Positions 1-12,334 of a stretch of 64,000 nucleotides of DNA are shown here, piece after piece. The translations under genes and the position numbers were made by a program. Position 1 is the stretch's first letter. The number at the start of each line of letters is the position of its first letter. The DNA is from an uncultured delta proteobacterium (GTDB lineage: Bacteria > Myxococcota > Myxococcia > Myxococcales > Anaeromyxobacteraceae): assembly GCA_963766715.1 (NCBI GenBank), contig CAVYBH010000015.1, positions 192,001-256,000 of the forward strand, in the 5' to 3' direction. The notes below the pieces were generated by a model, which had not been told where the DNA came from, made no database searches, and was given only the letters and a program-made list of their open reading frames with translations.

Positions 1-461
1 TGCGCAGCACGTGGCCGTGCGCGAAGAGGGCCACGTCGCCCGGGGCGGCGCGGGCGCGGGCGATGACCCGGTCCACCCGGGCGCCCACCTGGGCGAGCGC
101 CTCGCCCCCGGGAACGGCTCCTGTCCAGATCGTCCAGCCGGGAACCTCGGCGCGGATCTGCTCATTCGTCCGCCCCTCGTAGGTACCGTAGTCCCACTCG
201 GCCAGGTCGGCGTCCACCTGCGCCGCCTCCCCCAGCCCCGCCAGCACGCAGGTCTCACGCGCGCGGGAGAGCGGGCTCGTGAGGACCTGCGCGAACTCCC
301 GGGCCGTGAGGTGGGGGCGCGAGCGTCCGGGCCTGCAGGACGCCGCGCTCCGTGAGCGGGACGTCGGTGCGGCCGGTGTGGCGGCCCGTGAGGCTCCAGG
401 CCGTCTCTCCGTGCCGGACGAGCCACAGCTCCGGCCTCCTCCCCGCGTCCACGGCGGTCAC
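1..461 (-). CDS. Histidine phosphatase (phosphoglycerate mutase family); frameshifted, runs off window start
   Basis: N-terminal [10 protein letters not shown] (RHG motif); continues in another frame with EWDYGTYEG and FAHGHVLR. Confidence 0.85.
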
Positions 462-470
462 CGCCGCCCC

Positions 471-1850
471 TCAGTCCTTCGAGACGTACCAGCCTCCGGG
501 GACGAGCGCGTCGGCCTCGGGCGGCCCCCAGGTCCCCGGCGCGTACTCGTGGATGGGCGTATCCGCCTGGATGGCGGGGTCGACGATCCGCCAGGCCTCC
601 TCGACGTAGTCCTCGCGCGCGAACCGGAAGGAGTCGCCGCGCATGGCGTCGCCGAGGAGCTCCTCGTAGGGCGGCAGCTCGCCCTGGAGCCCGTGGGTCA
701 GCTCCAGCTCCACCGCCTCGGCGGACGAGCTCCCGGTCGGCCACGGCGTCGCCCTTCTTGATGAGGGCGCCGAGCGCGATGGCGAAGTCGGGGCTGAGCC
801 GGAAGCGGACGTGGTTCGCCGGCAAGGCCACCCCCTCGACGATGGAGGGCGGGCAGCGCAGCCGGACCACCACCTCGGTCCGCGTCACGGGCAGGCACTT
901 CCCGGCCCGGACGTAGAAGGGCACGCCCTGCCAGCGCCAGTTGTTCACCTGGAGCTCGAGGGCGACGAAGGTCTCCACCGTCGAGCCGGGCGCCACGCCC
1001 GGCTCGCTCCGGTATCCGCGGAACTGGCCGCGCACCATCCGCGGGGCGAGATGGCCGGGATGCCCTTCAGCACCTTCACCTTCTCGGCCCGCACGGTCTC
1101 CGCGTCGTGGCTGCGCGGCGGCGGCTCCATGGCGACGTTGGAGACGATCTGGAGCAGGTGGTTCTGGACCACGTCCCGGATGGCGCCGGCCTTGTCGTAG
1201 AAGGCGCCCCGCCCCTGGACGCCGAAGTCCTCGGCCATGGTGATCTGGACGCTCTCGACGTAGTTGCGGTTCCAGATGGGCTCGAGGAAGGTGTTCGCGA
1301 ACCGGAAGAAGACGACGTTCTGGACCGTCCCCTTCCCCAGGTAGTGGTCGATGCGGAAGACGTTCGACTCGGGGAAGTGCTCGTGGAGCGTGGCGTTCAG
1401 CTTCCGCGCCGAGGCGAGATCGCTGCCGAACGGCTTCTCCACGACCAGCCGGGCCCCTTGCGAGAGGCCGGCCCGGGCCAGCTGCCCGCCCACCAGGGCG
1501 AAGATGCCCTGGGGGATGGCCATGTAGTGCACCGGCAGCCGCGCGCCGCCGAGCTCCTTCTTCAGCGCCTCGAAGGTGGCGGGGTCGGCGTAGTCGCCGT
1601 CCACGTAGCGGAGGAGCGACAGGAGCTTCGGGAAGGCCTCGCGGTCCACGCCGCCGCCGTGGGCCGCCACGCTGTCGCGGGCCCTCGCCTGGAGATCGGG
1701 GAGCTTCCAGCCGGACCGGGCGACGCCGATGACCGGCACCCGGAGCTCGCCGCGCCGGACCATCCCCTGGAGCGCCGGGAAGATCTTCTTGAACGCCAGG
1801 TCGCCGCTCGCCCCGTAGAAGACGAGCGCGTCGGCGGGCGCGCCGCTCAC
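471..1850 (-). CDS. zwf: Glucose-6-phosphate 1-dehydrogenase (frameshifted)
   Basis: [33 protein letters not shown] motifs; C-terminal [11 protein letters not shown] start overlaps gnd stop. Confidence 0.95.
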
Positions 1851-2861
1851 GGCTTCTTCTCCTCGTGGCCGCCGAAGGCCTGGCGCATCGCGCAGAGGAG
1901 CTTGTCGGCGTAGCCGGCGTTCCCGCGGGAGGAGAAGCGCTCGTAGAGCGCCGCGGTGAGCACCGGCGAGGGCACGCCCTCGTCGATGGAGGCCTGGATG
2001 GTCCAGCGCCCCTCGCCCGAGTCGGAGACCCTGCCCGCGAAGGCGGCCAGCTCCGGATCCCGGGCCAGGGCGCCGGCGGTGAGGTCGAGGAGCCAGGAGC
2101 CGATCACGCTGCCGCGGCGCCAGACCTCGGCCACCTGGTCGAGGGCGAAGTCGTACTGGTAGTGACCGGGCTCGCGCAGCGGGGTGGTCTCCGCGTCGGC
2201 CACCTGGTCGTGCTTGCCGATCCCCGCGTGCCGAAGGATGTTCATCCCCTCGGCGTAGGCGGCCATGAGGCCGTACTCGATGCCGTTGTGGACCATCTTC
2301 ACGAAGTGGCCCGCGCCGGACGGCCCGCAGTGCAGGTAGCCCCGCTCCGCGGTGCTGGGCGGGCCCGGAGCGGCCGGGCGTGCGCGGGGCGTCGCCCATC
2401 CCGGGCGCGAGCGACGCGAAGATCGGGTCGAGGCGCCGCACCACCGCCTCCTCGCCCCCGATCATCTGGCTGTAGCCGCGCTCGAGTCCCCAGACCCCGC
2501 CGCTCGTCCCCACGTCCACGTGGTGGATGCCCTTCGGCGCGAGCTCCCTCGCCCGGCGGATGTCGTCGACGTGGCTGGAGTTGCCGCCGTCGACCAGGAC
2601 GTCCCCCTCCTCGCAGCAGGGGGACCAGGTCGGCGATGGTGCGGTCGACCATCGCGGCCGGCACCATCATCCAGATCGCCCGGGGGCGCGCCAGCTTCGC
2701 CACGAGCTCCGCGAGCGAGGACGTCCCCACGGCCTTCTCCGCGGCGAGGGGCGCCACCGCGGCAGGCGACCGGTCGAAGACCACGCAGTCGTGCCCGGCC
2801 CGGAGCAGCCGGCGCACCATGTTCGAGCCCATGCGTCCGAGGCCAATCATCCCGATCTGCA

Positions 2862-2862
<1 letters not shown>
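1847..2862 (-). CDS. gnd: 6-phosphogluconate dehydrogenase, short GND-like type (frameshifted)
   Basis: [41 protein letters not shown]. Confidence 0.95.
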
Positions 2863-4491
<1,629 letters not shown>

Positions 4492-4495
<4 letters not shown>

Positions 4496-5577
4496 GGCGC
4501 CTTCCCGGCGGCGGCGGTCTTCTGCGCGATGCCGGCGAGCAGCTCGTTCCAGGACTTCACGAAGGCCTTCGCGCCGTCCACCTGGAGCTGCTCGGCCAGC
4601 GCGTCGACGTCGACGCCGGCCCGGGCGTGTCGGGCAATGACCTCCTCGGCGTCCCCGCCGTCCGCGGGGAGCAGCGCCCCCACCTGGCCGTGGTCGGCGA
4701 AGGCCAGCAGCGTGCCCTCGGGCATGGTGTTCACGGTGTACGGCGAGACCAGCGCCTCGATGTAGAGCACGTCGGAGGCGGCCGGATCCTTCGTCCCGGT
4801 GCTGGCCCAGAGCAGGCGCTGCGGGCGCGCACCCGCGTTCAGGATGCGGCGCCACCTGGGCGTGTCCTGGAGGGCGCAGGCCGCCGCCCAGGTGCGCCGG
4901 GCGATGGCGATGCCGAGCTGGTTCTTCAGGTCGGGCGGCACCTTCGAGGCCACCGCCCCGTCCCAGCGGCTGACGAAGACCGAGGCCACCGAGCGGACGT
5001 CGGCGTCGAGGCCTGCGGCGATGCGCCGCTCGATGCCGCGCAGCCACGCGTCAGCCGCGGCCAGGTACTGCTCGCGGGAGAAGAGCAGGGTCACGTTCAC
5101 CGGGATGCCGGCGAAGGTGGCCTCCTCGATGGCGGGCAGTCCCTCCCTCGTTCCCGGGATCTTGATGTGGAGGTTCTTGCGGCCGGCGCGGGCGAAGAGG
5201 TCCTTCGCCGCCGCCAGCGTGCTGGCCGTGTCGTAGGCGAGCAGCGGGGAGACCTCCAGGGAGACGTAGCCGTCCACGCCCCCCGTCCGCTCGTGGACGT
5301 CCCGGAAGAGGTCGGCCGCCCGGGAGAGGTCGTCGAGCGCCAGGTCGAAGAAGAGGGCCTCGCCGGTGCGCCCGGCCTTCAGCCCGGCCTGGATGGCCAG
5401 GTCGTAGGCGGAGCTCTTCTTCAGCGCCTGGTCGAAGATGGTCGGGTTGGAGGTGAGCCCGGTGACCGAAAGCTCGTCGATGTAGCGCTTCAGGGTCCCG
5501 GACGACAGCAGGTCCCGGGTCATGTTGTCGAGCCAGATGCTCTGGCCGGCGTCGTGGAGTCGCTTCGTCGCCTTCAT
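4492..5577 (-). CDS. tal: Transaldolase
   Basis: [38 protein letters not shown]. Confidence 0.95.
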
Positions 5578-5740
5578 CGGTCACCTCGCTGGGGGAGGCG
5601 GTAGCTTAATGCCCAAACGAGCGGGCGGCGAGGCGTCTCCGCCCCGGGAAACCGCGAGGGTCGAGACCGGTCCTCCGGCTGATCGGGGCGGGACCCGAAG
5701 GGGAGCTTCCGCTTCCCCGTCCCGGGGCTAACGTGGAGGG

Positions 5741-6559
5741 ATGCGCACCGCAGTGGTCACCGGGTCCCAGTCCGGCATGGGCCTGGCCATTCGACAGGAG
5801 CTCGAGTCGAAGGGCTGGCGCGTCCTGGGCGTCGACCTCCCCGGCAAGGGCGCCGAGGTGACCGCCGACCTCTCCAGCGAGGCGGGCCGGTCCGCGGCCG
5901 CGAGCGCGCTTCTCGCCGCCTCCGGTGGACGGATCGAGGCGGTCGCCGCCAACGCCGGGGTCGACGTCCCCAAGCCCGAGCTGGTCTTCGGCCTCAACTA
6001 CTTCGGCGTGGTCGACCTGCTCCGGCTCCTCCGCCCGGCGCTCGTCGCGGCGGGCCGATCCCGCGTCGCCGTGAACGTCTCCAACGCCATCTTCATCACG
6101 CCGGGCATCCCGGCCGCCCCGGTGCAGGCGCTCCTCGACGGCAACGCCGTCCGGGCGGTCCGGCTCCTCGAGGCCCAGCCCGCGCTCGCCTACCCGGTGA
6201 GCAAGCTGGCCTTGGCGCGCTGGATCCGCGAATCGGCCCCGTCCGCCGACTGGGCCGGCTCCGGGATCTCGATGAACGGGGTCTGCCCGGGCGCGGTGAT
6301 GACCCCCTTGCTCGAGCGCGACCTCGCCGACCCGCGCAAGGGCCCCTTCATCCGCAGGCTCCCCCGGCCGCTGGGCGAGTTCACGCCGCCGCAGGCCGTG
6401 GCCGAGCTCTTCGAGTTCCTGCTCTCGGAGCGGGCGCGCTTCCTCGTCGGGCAGCTCATCTCCATCGACGGCGGCAACGAGGCGGCCTGGCGCGCCGGCG
6501 ACTGGCCTCGGGCCTGGGACATGGAGCCCCAGGCCTTCCGGCGGCTGATCGGCGCCTGA
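5741..6559 (+). CDS. SDR-family oxidoreductase (3-alpha-hydroxysteroid dehydrogenase-like)
   Basis: VVTGSQSGMG Rossmann motif, YPVSK catalytic motif, IDGG. Confidence 0.85.
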   Translation: MRTAVVTGSQSGMGLAIRQELESKGWRVLGVDLPGKGAEVTADLSSEAGRSAAASALLAASGGRIEAVAANAGVDVPKPELVFGLNYFGVVDLLRLLRPALVAAGRSRVAVNVSNAIFITPGIPAAPVQALLDGNAVRAVRLLEAQPALAYPVSKLALARWIRESAPSADWAGSGISMNGVCPGAVMTPLLERDLADPRKGPFIRRLPRPLGEFTPPQAVAELFEFLLSERARFLVGQLISIDGGNEAAWRAGDWPRAWDMEPQAFRRLIGA

Positions 6560-6583
6560 GCCACGCCGCCGCCCGGGGCGGCG

Positions 6584-7306
6584 TCAGGCGAGGTTGTGGA
6601 ACACCCGCTGGACGTCCTCGTCCTGCTCGAGCGCGTCGATCATCTCGAGGACCTCCTTCGCCTGCTCCTCGGGCAGCGTCACCGGATTCTGCGGGATGTA
6701 CTCCAGCTCGGCGGAGAGCACCGGGAGCTTGCGCTCCTCGAGCGCGGCGCCCAGCTGGCCGAAGTTCCCGAAGGCGCAGCGGAGGACGAGCTGCTTCTCG
6801 CCCTTCTCCCCCGTGCCCTCGCCCATCTCCTCGAGCCCGTGATCGATGAGCTCGAGCTCGAGCGTGTCCTGGTCGATCCCCTCCGGCGCCAGGCGGAAGA
6901 CGCCCATCTTCTGGAACTGGAAGGCGACGCTGCCGGTCGTGCCCAGGTTGCCCCCGTGGTTCTTGAAGCCCACCCGGACGTTGGCCACGGTGCGGACCAC
7001 GTTGTCGGTCGCGGTCTCGACCACCACCGCGATCCCGTGCGGCCCGTAGCCCTCGTAGAGCACCACCTCGTAGGCCTGCTGATCCTGGCCGCTGGCCCGC
7101 TTGATGGCGGCCTCGACCTTGTCCTTCGGCATGTTGGCGCCGCGGGCGTTCTGAAGGGCGCGGCGGAGGGAGGAGTTGTCCTTCGGGTTCGGCCCCCCGG
7201 CCTTCACGGCGATGGCGATGTCCTTGCTGATGCGCGTGAAGACCTTCGCCATCTTGTTCCACCGGGCGAACATGGTGGCCTTGCGGGTCTCGAAGATGCG
7301 TCCCAT
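6584..7306 (-). CDS. yebC: YebC/PmpR family protein
   Basis: [41 protein letters not shown]. Confidence 0.92.
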   Translation of the reverse strand: MGRIFETRKATMFARWNKMAKVFTRISKDIAIAVKAGGPNPKDNSSLRRALQNARGANMPKDKVEAAIKRASGQDQQAYEVVLYEGYGPHGIAVVVETATDNVVRTVANVRVGFKNHGGNLGTTGSVAFQFQKMGVFRLAPEGIDQDTLELELIDHGLEEMGEGTGEKGEKQLVLRCAFGNFGQLGAALEERKLPVLSAELEYIPQNPVTLPEEQAKEVLEMIDALEQDEDVQRVFHNLA

Positions 7307-7379
7307 AGCAGGGGCGGATATCGCACCGACGGCCCCCCGCGCAAGCACCGCGTGCGCTACCATCCCGGCCGGGGCCACC

Positions 7380-9591
7380 CTGAACCTCTACACCCGCCAG
7401 CGGCTGGGCGTCGTCGCCCTCCTCGCCACCCTCATCGCCGTGGCCGGAACCCTTGCGTTCAGCTACGCGGAGACCACGGCCGCCCACGCGTGGGCCACCA
7501 ATACCCTCGAGTTCCAGGCCCAGGTCACCGCCTTCCGGGTCTGGGTCCAGCGGGGGACGAGCGAGGCCCTGGGCTCGTTCCTCGGCCTCCCCCCGATCGA
7601 GGCCGGGACCCTCCAGGGCGACCGGGTCCGGGCCCGAGCCGAGCTGGTCTCGATCCGGGCCTTCGTCGCGGGCGACCCCGACCAGCTGGCGCGCGTGGAC
7701 GAGCTCTCGGCGCTCCTCGATCGGCGCATCGCGCTCGAGGACGCCGCCATCGACGCCTTTCGCGCGTCCGGCTCGGAGGCTGCGGCGGCGGTCCTCGCCC
7801 GGAGCGACTGGTGGCGTGACCGGCAGCGCCTCCAGACGATCACGTCGGCGATGATCCGGCGGGCGCACGAGGACTTCCAGCGGCACGAGGCCGGGTACGC
7901 TCGACGATGTTCCGCGTGCGCATCGCGCTGCTGGCCGGCCTGCTCCTGATGGCCGGGACGCTGCTCTTCCTCATGCGGCAGCTCCAGGCGGCGCAGAGGG
8001 GCCGGGAGGAGGCGCTCCGGGCGAACGAGCTGGCCCGGCAGCGGCTCGCCGACCTCGAGGCCGTTCTCGAGACGGTCCCGGCCGCGGTCTTCATCGCGCG
8101 GGACGCGGAGTGCCGGGACGTCCGGGGAAACCGGTTCGCGGAGGCGATCCTCCGGGCGCCCCGCGAGGCCAACCTCTCCCTTCCGTTTCCCCGCGAGCTG
8201 GGGCTCCTGGGCGTCCGGTTCGTCCGGAACGGCGCAGGAGGTGCCTTTCCGGGAGCTGCCGCTCGACGTGGCGGCGCGGACCGGCAAGCCCGTCGAGAGC
8301 CATCACCTGGACGTGATCACGGCGGACGGGAACTCGCGCCACGTGCTGGCCACCGCGGTCCCCCTCCTCGACGCCGCCGGCGCGCCGCGCGGCGCGGTGG
8401 GGGCCCTCGTCGACGTCACCGACGTGGTCGTCGTGGCGCACGAGCTCCGGGCCGCGCTGGAGCAGAACCGGACGCTGCTCGCCTCGGCCCGCCGCAGCGA
8501 GCTGCTCTACCGGGAGATGGCCCGCAACTTCCCCAACGGCGCCATCGCCCTCTTCGATCGGGACCTGCGCTTCCTGGTCTTCGACGGGACCCAGTTCGCG
8601 CTCCGCCGGGCCCCGGAGGCCAACGTGGGGAGGACGCTCGCCGAGATCTTCCCGCCGGACCTCGCCCAGCGCCTCGCGGGAGTCCACCAGGACGCGGTGG
8701 CCGGACGGGAGGGGCGCGTCGAGGTGGAGATCGCCGGGCGCACCATCGAGATCCGCTCCAGCCCGGTCCGCGACGAGACGGGCGCGGTGATCATGGGGAT
8801 CGCCGTCTCCCAGGACGTCACCGAGGAGCGGTCCCTGCGCGCGCAGCTGGCCGTCTCCTCCCGGCTCGCGTCGCTGGGCACGCTGGTGGCCGGGGTGGCG
8901 CACGAGGTGAACAACCCGCTGGCCGGGACGCTGGCGAGCCTCGCCACGGCCATCGAGGATCAGCGGGAGATCTCGCAGACGCCTGCGCGGCGCTGGCGCC
9001 GTCGACCGCGAGGGGCTGGCGGCAGCCTCCGACGAGATCGTGGAGATCCTCCTCGACGCCCAGGTGGGCGGCGATCGCATCACCCGGATCGTGAAGGACC
9101 TGGCGCTCTTCGGACGTCCCAACCCCATGCGCACCCGGGTCCGCCTGGGAGACGTGGTGACGGCCTCCATGCGCTGGCTTCCCTCGTCCGTGGGGCGGGC
9201 CGCCACGGTGCGGGTCGACGACCTCGGTGCACCCGACGTGCACGCCTCGGCCGGGCAGCTGGAGCAGGTGGTCGTGAACCTGGTCACGAACGCCGGCTTC
9301 TCCATCCCGGACGGGCGCCGCGGGGAGATCGACCTCCGGCTGTCCCGGTCGGACGGTGGACGCGCGGTGCTGGAGGTGACGGACAACGGGGCGGGCATCG
9401 ACGCGGCGACGATGGAGCGGATCTTCGACCCGTTCTTCACCACGCGGGACGTGGGCCAGGGCATGGGGCTCGGCCTCCCCATCTGCCACGCCATCGTCAC
9501 CGCGCACGGCGGGACGCTGACCGCCGTGAGCGTCCCCGGCGAGGGCTCGACGTTCCGGCTGGAGCTGCCGGCCCTGTCCCCGGTGGAGTGA
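7380..9591 (+). CDS. Membrane sensor histidine kinase with CHASE3-like and PAS domains (about 3 frameshifts; start uncertain)
   Basis: Two hydrophobic segments around a periplasmic helical domain, PAS-like segments, H-box [12 protein letters not shown] box NLVTNA, DNGAGI, FFTT, GMGLGL. Confidence 0.85.
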
Positions 9592-9621
9592 ACGCCGGCT
9601 ATCTCCTATAGTGGAGCGATC

Positions 9622-10101
9622 ATGTCCGGCCCCATCCTCCAGGCCCTCGACGAGAGCTTCCCCGAGGTCTGCTGGGGACAGCCGGAGACCGAGATCCAGG
9701 CCGCCTTCCCGGGTGGCCGGATGGAGCCCGGACGGTCCTACGCCGTCGAGCACTGCCTGGTCGGATACCCCTACCCGCTCGTCCTGATCTTCACCTTCGA
9801 CCGGGGGCTGAGCGCGGTGGCGGTCGAGTACCCTCGCAGCTTCGACCTGGCCACCGGCGACATGCAGCTGCCCGGGCGCATGGTGGCCGAGAGCATCTAC
9901 CGCCACCTGTCCGCGCTGCTCATCATCGCCTTCGGCGGCGCGCCCCTGCCCGTGGCGGAACCGCTCGTGGCCGAGCGAGGCGACCAGGTGCTCGCCGACC
10001 ACACCTGGACCACCCGGGAGTCCGTGGTCCGGATCGAGTTCAGGCTCCAGTCCGGGCTGGGGCGGGTCCACGTGGAGATGCGGGCCGCCACGCGCCCCTG
10101 A
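9622..10101 (+). CDS. Hypothetical protein
   Basis: 159-aa ORF with host-like codon bias; TATAGT and GGAG upstream. Confidence 0.6.
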   Translation: MSGPILQALDESFPEVCWGQPETEIQAAFPGGRMEPGRSYAVEHCLVGYPYPLVLIFTFDRGLSAVAVEYPRSFDLATGDMQLPGRMVAESIYRHLSALLIIAFGGAPLPVAEPLVAERGDQVLADHTWTTRESVVRIEFRLQSGLGRVHVEMRAATRP

Positions 10102-10213
10102 TGGCGCGGCGCGCCATCCGGTTCGTGCCGGCGCCAACTGAAGCTTGCCTCGCCCACCGCACGGTGTAGAAAGGTCCGACCATTTCATCGGATTCCCAGG
10201 AGGGATCTCCACC

Positions 10214-10864
10214 ATGCGTAATACACTCAAGGTCCTCGTCGCGTCGGCCGCCCTCGCGGCGGCCGCACCCGCCGTCGCCCAGTACACCTTCACCCAGCCC
10301 GGCCAGGCGCCGCAGCCGGTGCAGCAGCTCCAGATCTGGAACAACGTCGCCCGCATCAACGTGGGCGTGAGCTTCTTCAACTCCGGCTACTTCAACTGCT
10401 ACTACTACGGCGGGTTCTACCCGGGGTACTCCTGCGGCTCGGGAACGGCCGTGAGCTACATCCCCTTCACGCTCGGCGCCCAGGTCGACTTCAACCTGGG
10501 CGGGATGAACAACATCAGCCCCGGCTTCAACGTCTTCATGGGCACCGCCACCGCCACGCTCTACTCGGGCACCCTCGCCCAGAGCGTGTCGAGGAGCGCC
10601 ACCATCTGGGAGCCGACCCTCGACTACGTGGCCAAGTTCGGGCCCCCCACCCAGGACACGGTCGGCCGTTTCCGCGTCGGCGCCGGCATGTACATCGGCC
10701 CCAACTCGAATCTCGGCGGGGCCTTCCGCATCGGCGGCGGCGCCTCGTTCTTCAATGCCAACCGCCTCGGCATCGGCCTGGACCTCGTCCTCGAGGGCGG
10801 CGGCTACCAGGGCTACTGGATCGGCGGCCTGCAGCTGGTCGCCTCTCCCGAGTTCCACTTCTAG
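10214..10864 (+). CDS. Outer-membrane beta-barrel protein, copy 1
   Basis: Signal peptide ending AVA|Q, alternating beta-strand pattern, C-terminal PEFHF; AGGAGG RBS. Confidence 0.75.
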   Translation: MRNTLKVLVASAALAAAAPAVAQYTFTQPGQAPQPVQQLQIWNNVARINVGVSFFNSGYFNCYYYGGFYPGYSCGSGTAVSYIPFTLGAQVDFNLGGMNNISPGFNVFMGTATATLYSGTLAQSVSRSATIWEPTLDYVAKFGPPTQDTVGRFRVGAGMYIGPNSNLGGAFRIGGGASFFNANRLGIGLDLVLEGGGYQGYWIGGLQLVASPEFHF

Positions 10865-10888
10865 CCGCACGCCTTCCCGTTTCACCCG

Positions 10889-10927
10889 AGGCGCACCGAG
10901 GCGAGAGCCCGGTGCGCCTTTCCATTT
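10889..10927 (+). terminator. Intrinsic terminator after OMP copy 1
   Basis: AGGCGCACCG...CGGTGCGCCT stem followed by TTCCATTT. Confidence 0.7.
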
Positions 10928-11038
10928 CCGCGTGGTCCCTTGGGTTCCCTCCCCACCCACCCCGAGAGTGACGCCGGATCGACCCGGACAGGGAGTACAG
11001 ATGGAGGGTTCTCCCGGGCTCCTAGGAGGGAGCCTCAC

Positions 11039-11683
11039 ATGCGAAACGCTCTCAAGATCCTGGTCGCGTCCCTGGCCGTAGCGACGGCCGCCCCCGCAGT
11101 GGCCCAGTACACCTTCACCCAGCCCGGGCAGGCCCCGCAGCCGGTGCAGCAGCTCCAGGTCTGGAACAACGTGGCGCGCGTGAACGTGGGCGTCGGCTTC
11201 TACAACTCCGGGTTCTACAGCTGCAGCTACTACTACCCGTACTACAGCTGCGACTCCGGGTCCTACACGAGCTACATCCCGTTCATGGTCGGCCCGCAGG
11301 TCGACCTGTCGCCTGGGCGGAATGAACAACATCAGCCTGGGCTTCACGGTCGCGTTCGGCAACATCAACACGAGCTACTGCTCGGCCCTGGCCTCTGCAC
11401 GTCCGCTTCCAAGAGCGTGACCCTCTGGGAGCCGACCATCGACTACGTGGCCAAGTTCGGGCCGCCGACCCAGGACACGGTCGGTCGCTTCCGCGTGGGC
11501 GGCGGCATGTACATCGGCCCCGACTCCAAGATCGGCGGCGCGTTCCGCATCGGCGGCGGCGCCTCCTTCTTCAACGCCAACCGGCTCGGCATCGGGCTCG
11601 ACCTGGTCCTCGAGGGCGGCGGCTACAACGGCTACTGGGTGGGCGGACTCCAGCTGCTCGCCTCGCCCGAGTTCCACTTCTAG
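11039..11683 (+). CDS. Outer-membrane beta-barrel protein, copy 2 (two compensating indels ~11310 and ~11380)
   Basis: Paralog of 10214..10864 sharing QYTFTQPGQAPQPVQQLQ and the C-terminal half; GGMNNISLGFTVAFG is recovered in an alternative frame. Confidence 0.75.
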   Translation: MRNALKILVASLAVATAAPAVAQYTFTQPGQAPQPVQQLQVWNNVARVNVGVGFYNSGFYSCSYYYPYYSCDSGSYTSYIPFMVGPQVDLSPGRNEQHQPGLHGRVRQHQHELLLGPGLCTSASKSVTLWEPTIDYVAKFGPPTQDTVGRFRVGGGMYIGPDSKIGGAFRIGGGASFFNANRLGIGLDLVLEGGGYNGYWVGGLQLLASPEFHF

Positions 11684-11707
11684 CCAGGCGGCTCCAGGCT
11701 TCACCCG

Positions 11708-11744
11708 AGGCGCATCGGCCCGTCGCCGGTGCGCCTTCGTCTTT
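11708..11744 (+). terminator. Intrinsic terminator after OMP copy 2 (paralogous to the copy-1 terminator)
   Basis: AGGCGCATCGG...CCGGTGCGCCT stem followed by TCGTCTTT. Confidence 0.65.
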
Positions 11745-11758
11745 CCCGCGAGTCCGGT

Positions 11759-12316
11759 TCAGGGCTCGAGCTGGATCCCGCCGGCCAGCTCGGGGTGCTT
11801 CCCGACCATGCCGGCGTAGGCCTGGCGGATGCGCGCCATGTCGGCCTCCCGGTCCCCGCTCAGCGTGACGTACTCGCGGATGCCGACGACGCGGGTCCGG
11901 TAGTCGATGAAGGCCAGCCCCACCGGGAGCCCGGCGGCCAGCGCCAGCCGGTAGAACCCGGACTTCCAGTGTGGCACGTGGGCCCGGGTCCCCTCCGGCG
12001 CGATGGCGAGCCACATCCAGTCGCGCCGCTGGAACTCGGCCAGGAGCTGCCCGATGAGCCCCGTGCGCTCGCGCCGGTTCACCGGGATGCCGTTCATGCG
12101 CCGGAGCAGCCCGCCGACGGGCCAGCGGAAGAGGCTGTCCTTCCCCACCCAGGAGAGGGGCAGCCCGCTCGCCAGCTTGTACAGGTAGCCGATGGGGAAG
12201 TCCCAGTTCGAGGTGTGGGGGTAGACGACGATGATCCCCTTCGGCCCCGGGAGCGGCGCCAGCGCGGCCTTCCAGCCCACGAGTCGCAGCATGGCGGTGG
12301 CGAGGGCGGCGATCAC
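11759..12316 (-). CDS. PlsC-family (lysophospholipid) acyltransferase
   Basis: PHTSNWD (HX4D), APEGTR, WKSGFY. Confidence 0.88.
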   Translation of the reverse strand: MIAALATAMLRLVGWKAALAPLPGPKGIIVVYPHTSNWDFPIGYLYKLASGLPLSWVGKDSLFRWPVGGLLRRMNGIPVNRRERTGLIGQLLAEFQRRDWMWLAIAPEGTRAHVPHWKSGFYRLALAAGLPVGLAFIDYRTRVVGIREYVTLSGDREADMARIRQAYAGMVGKHPELAGGIQLEP

Positions 12317-12334
12317 CGTGTCATCCTACGCCCC

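Noticed and set aside
11300..11390. Compensating +1/-1 frameshift in OMP copy 2 as a diversification mechanism
   Set aside because: The alternative frame restores clear homology to copy 1; with the window-wide indel rate, two nearby errors are more likely.
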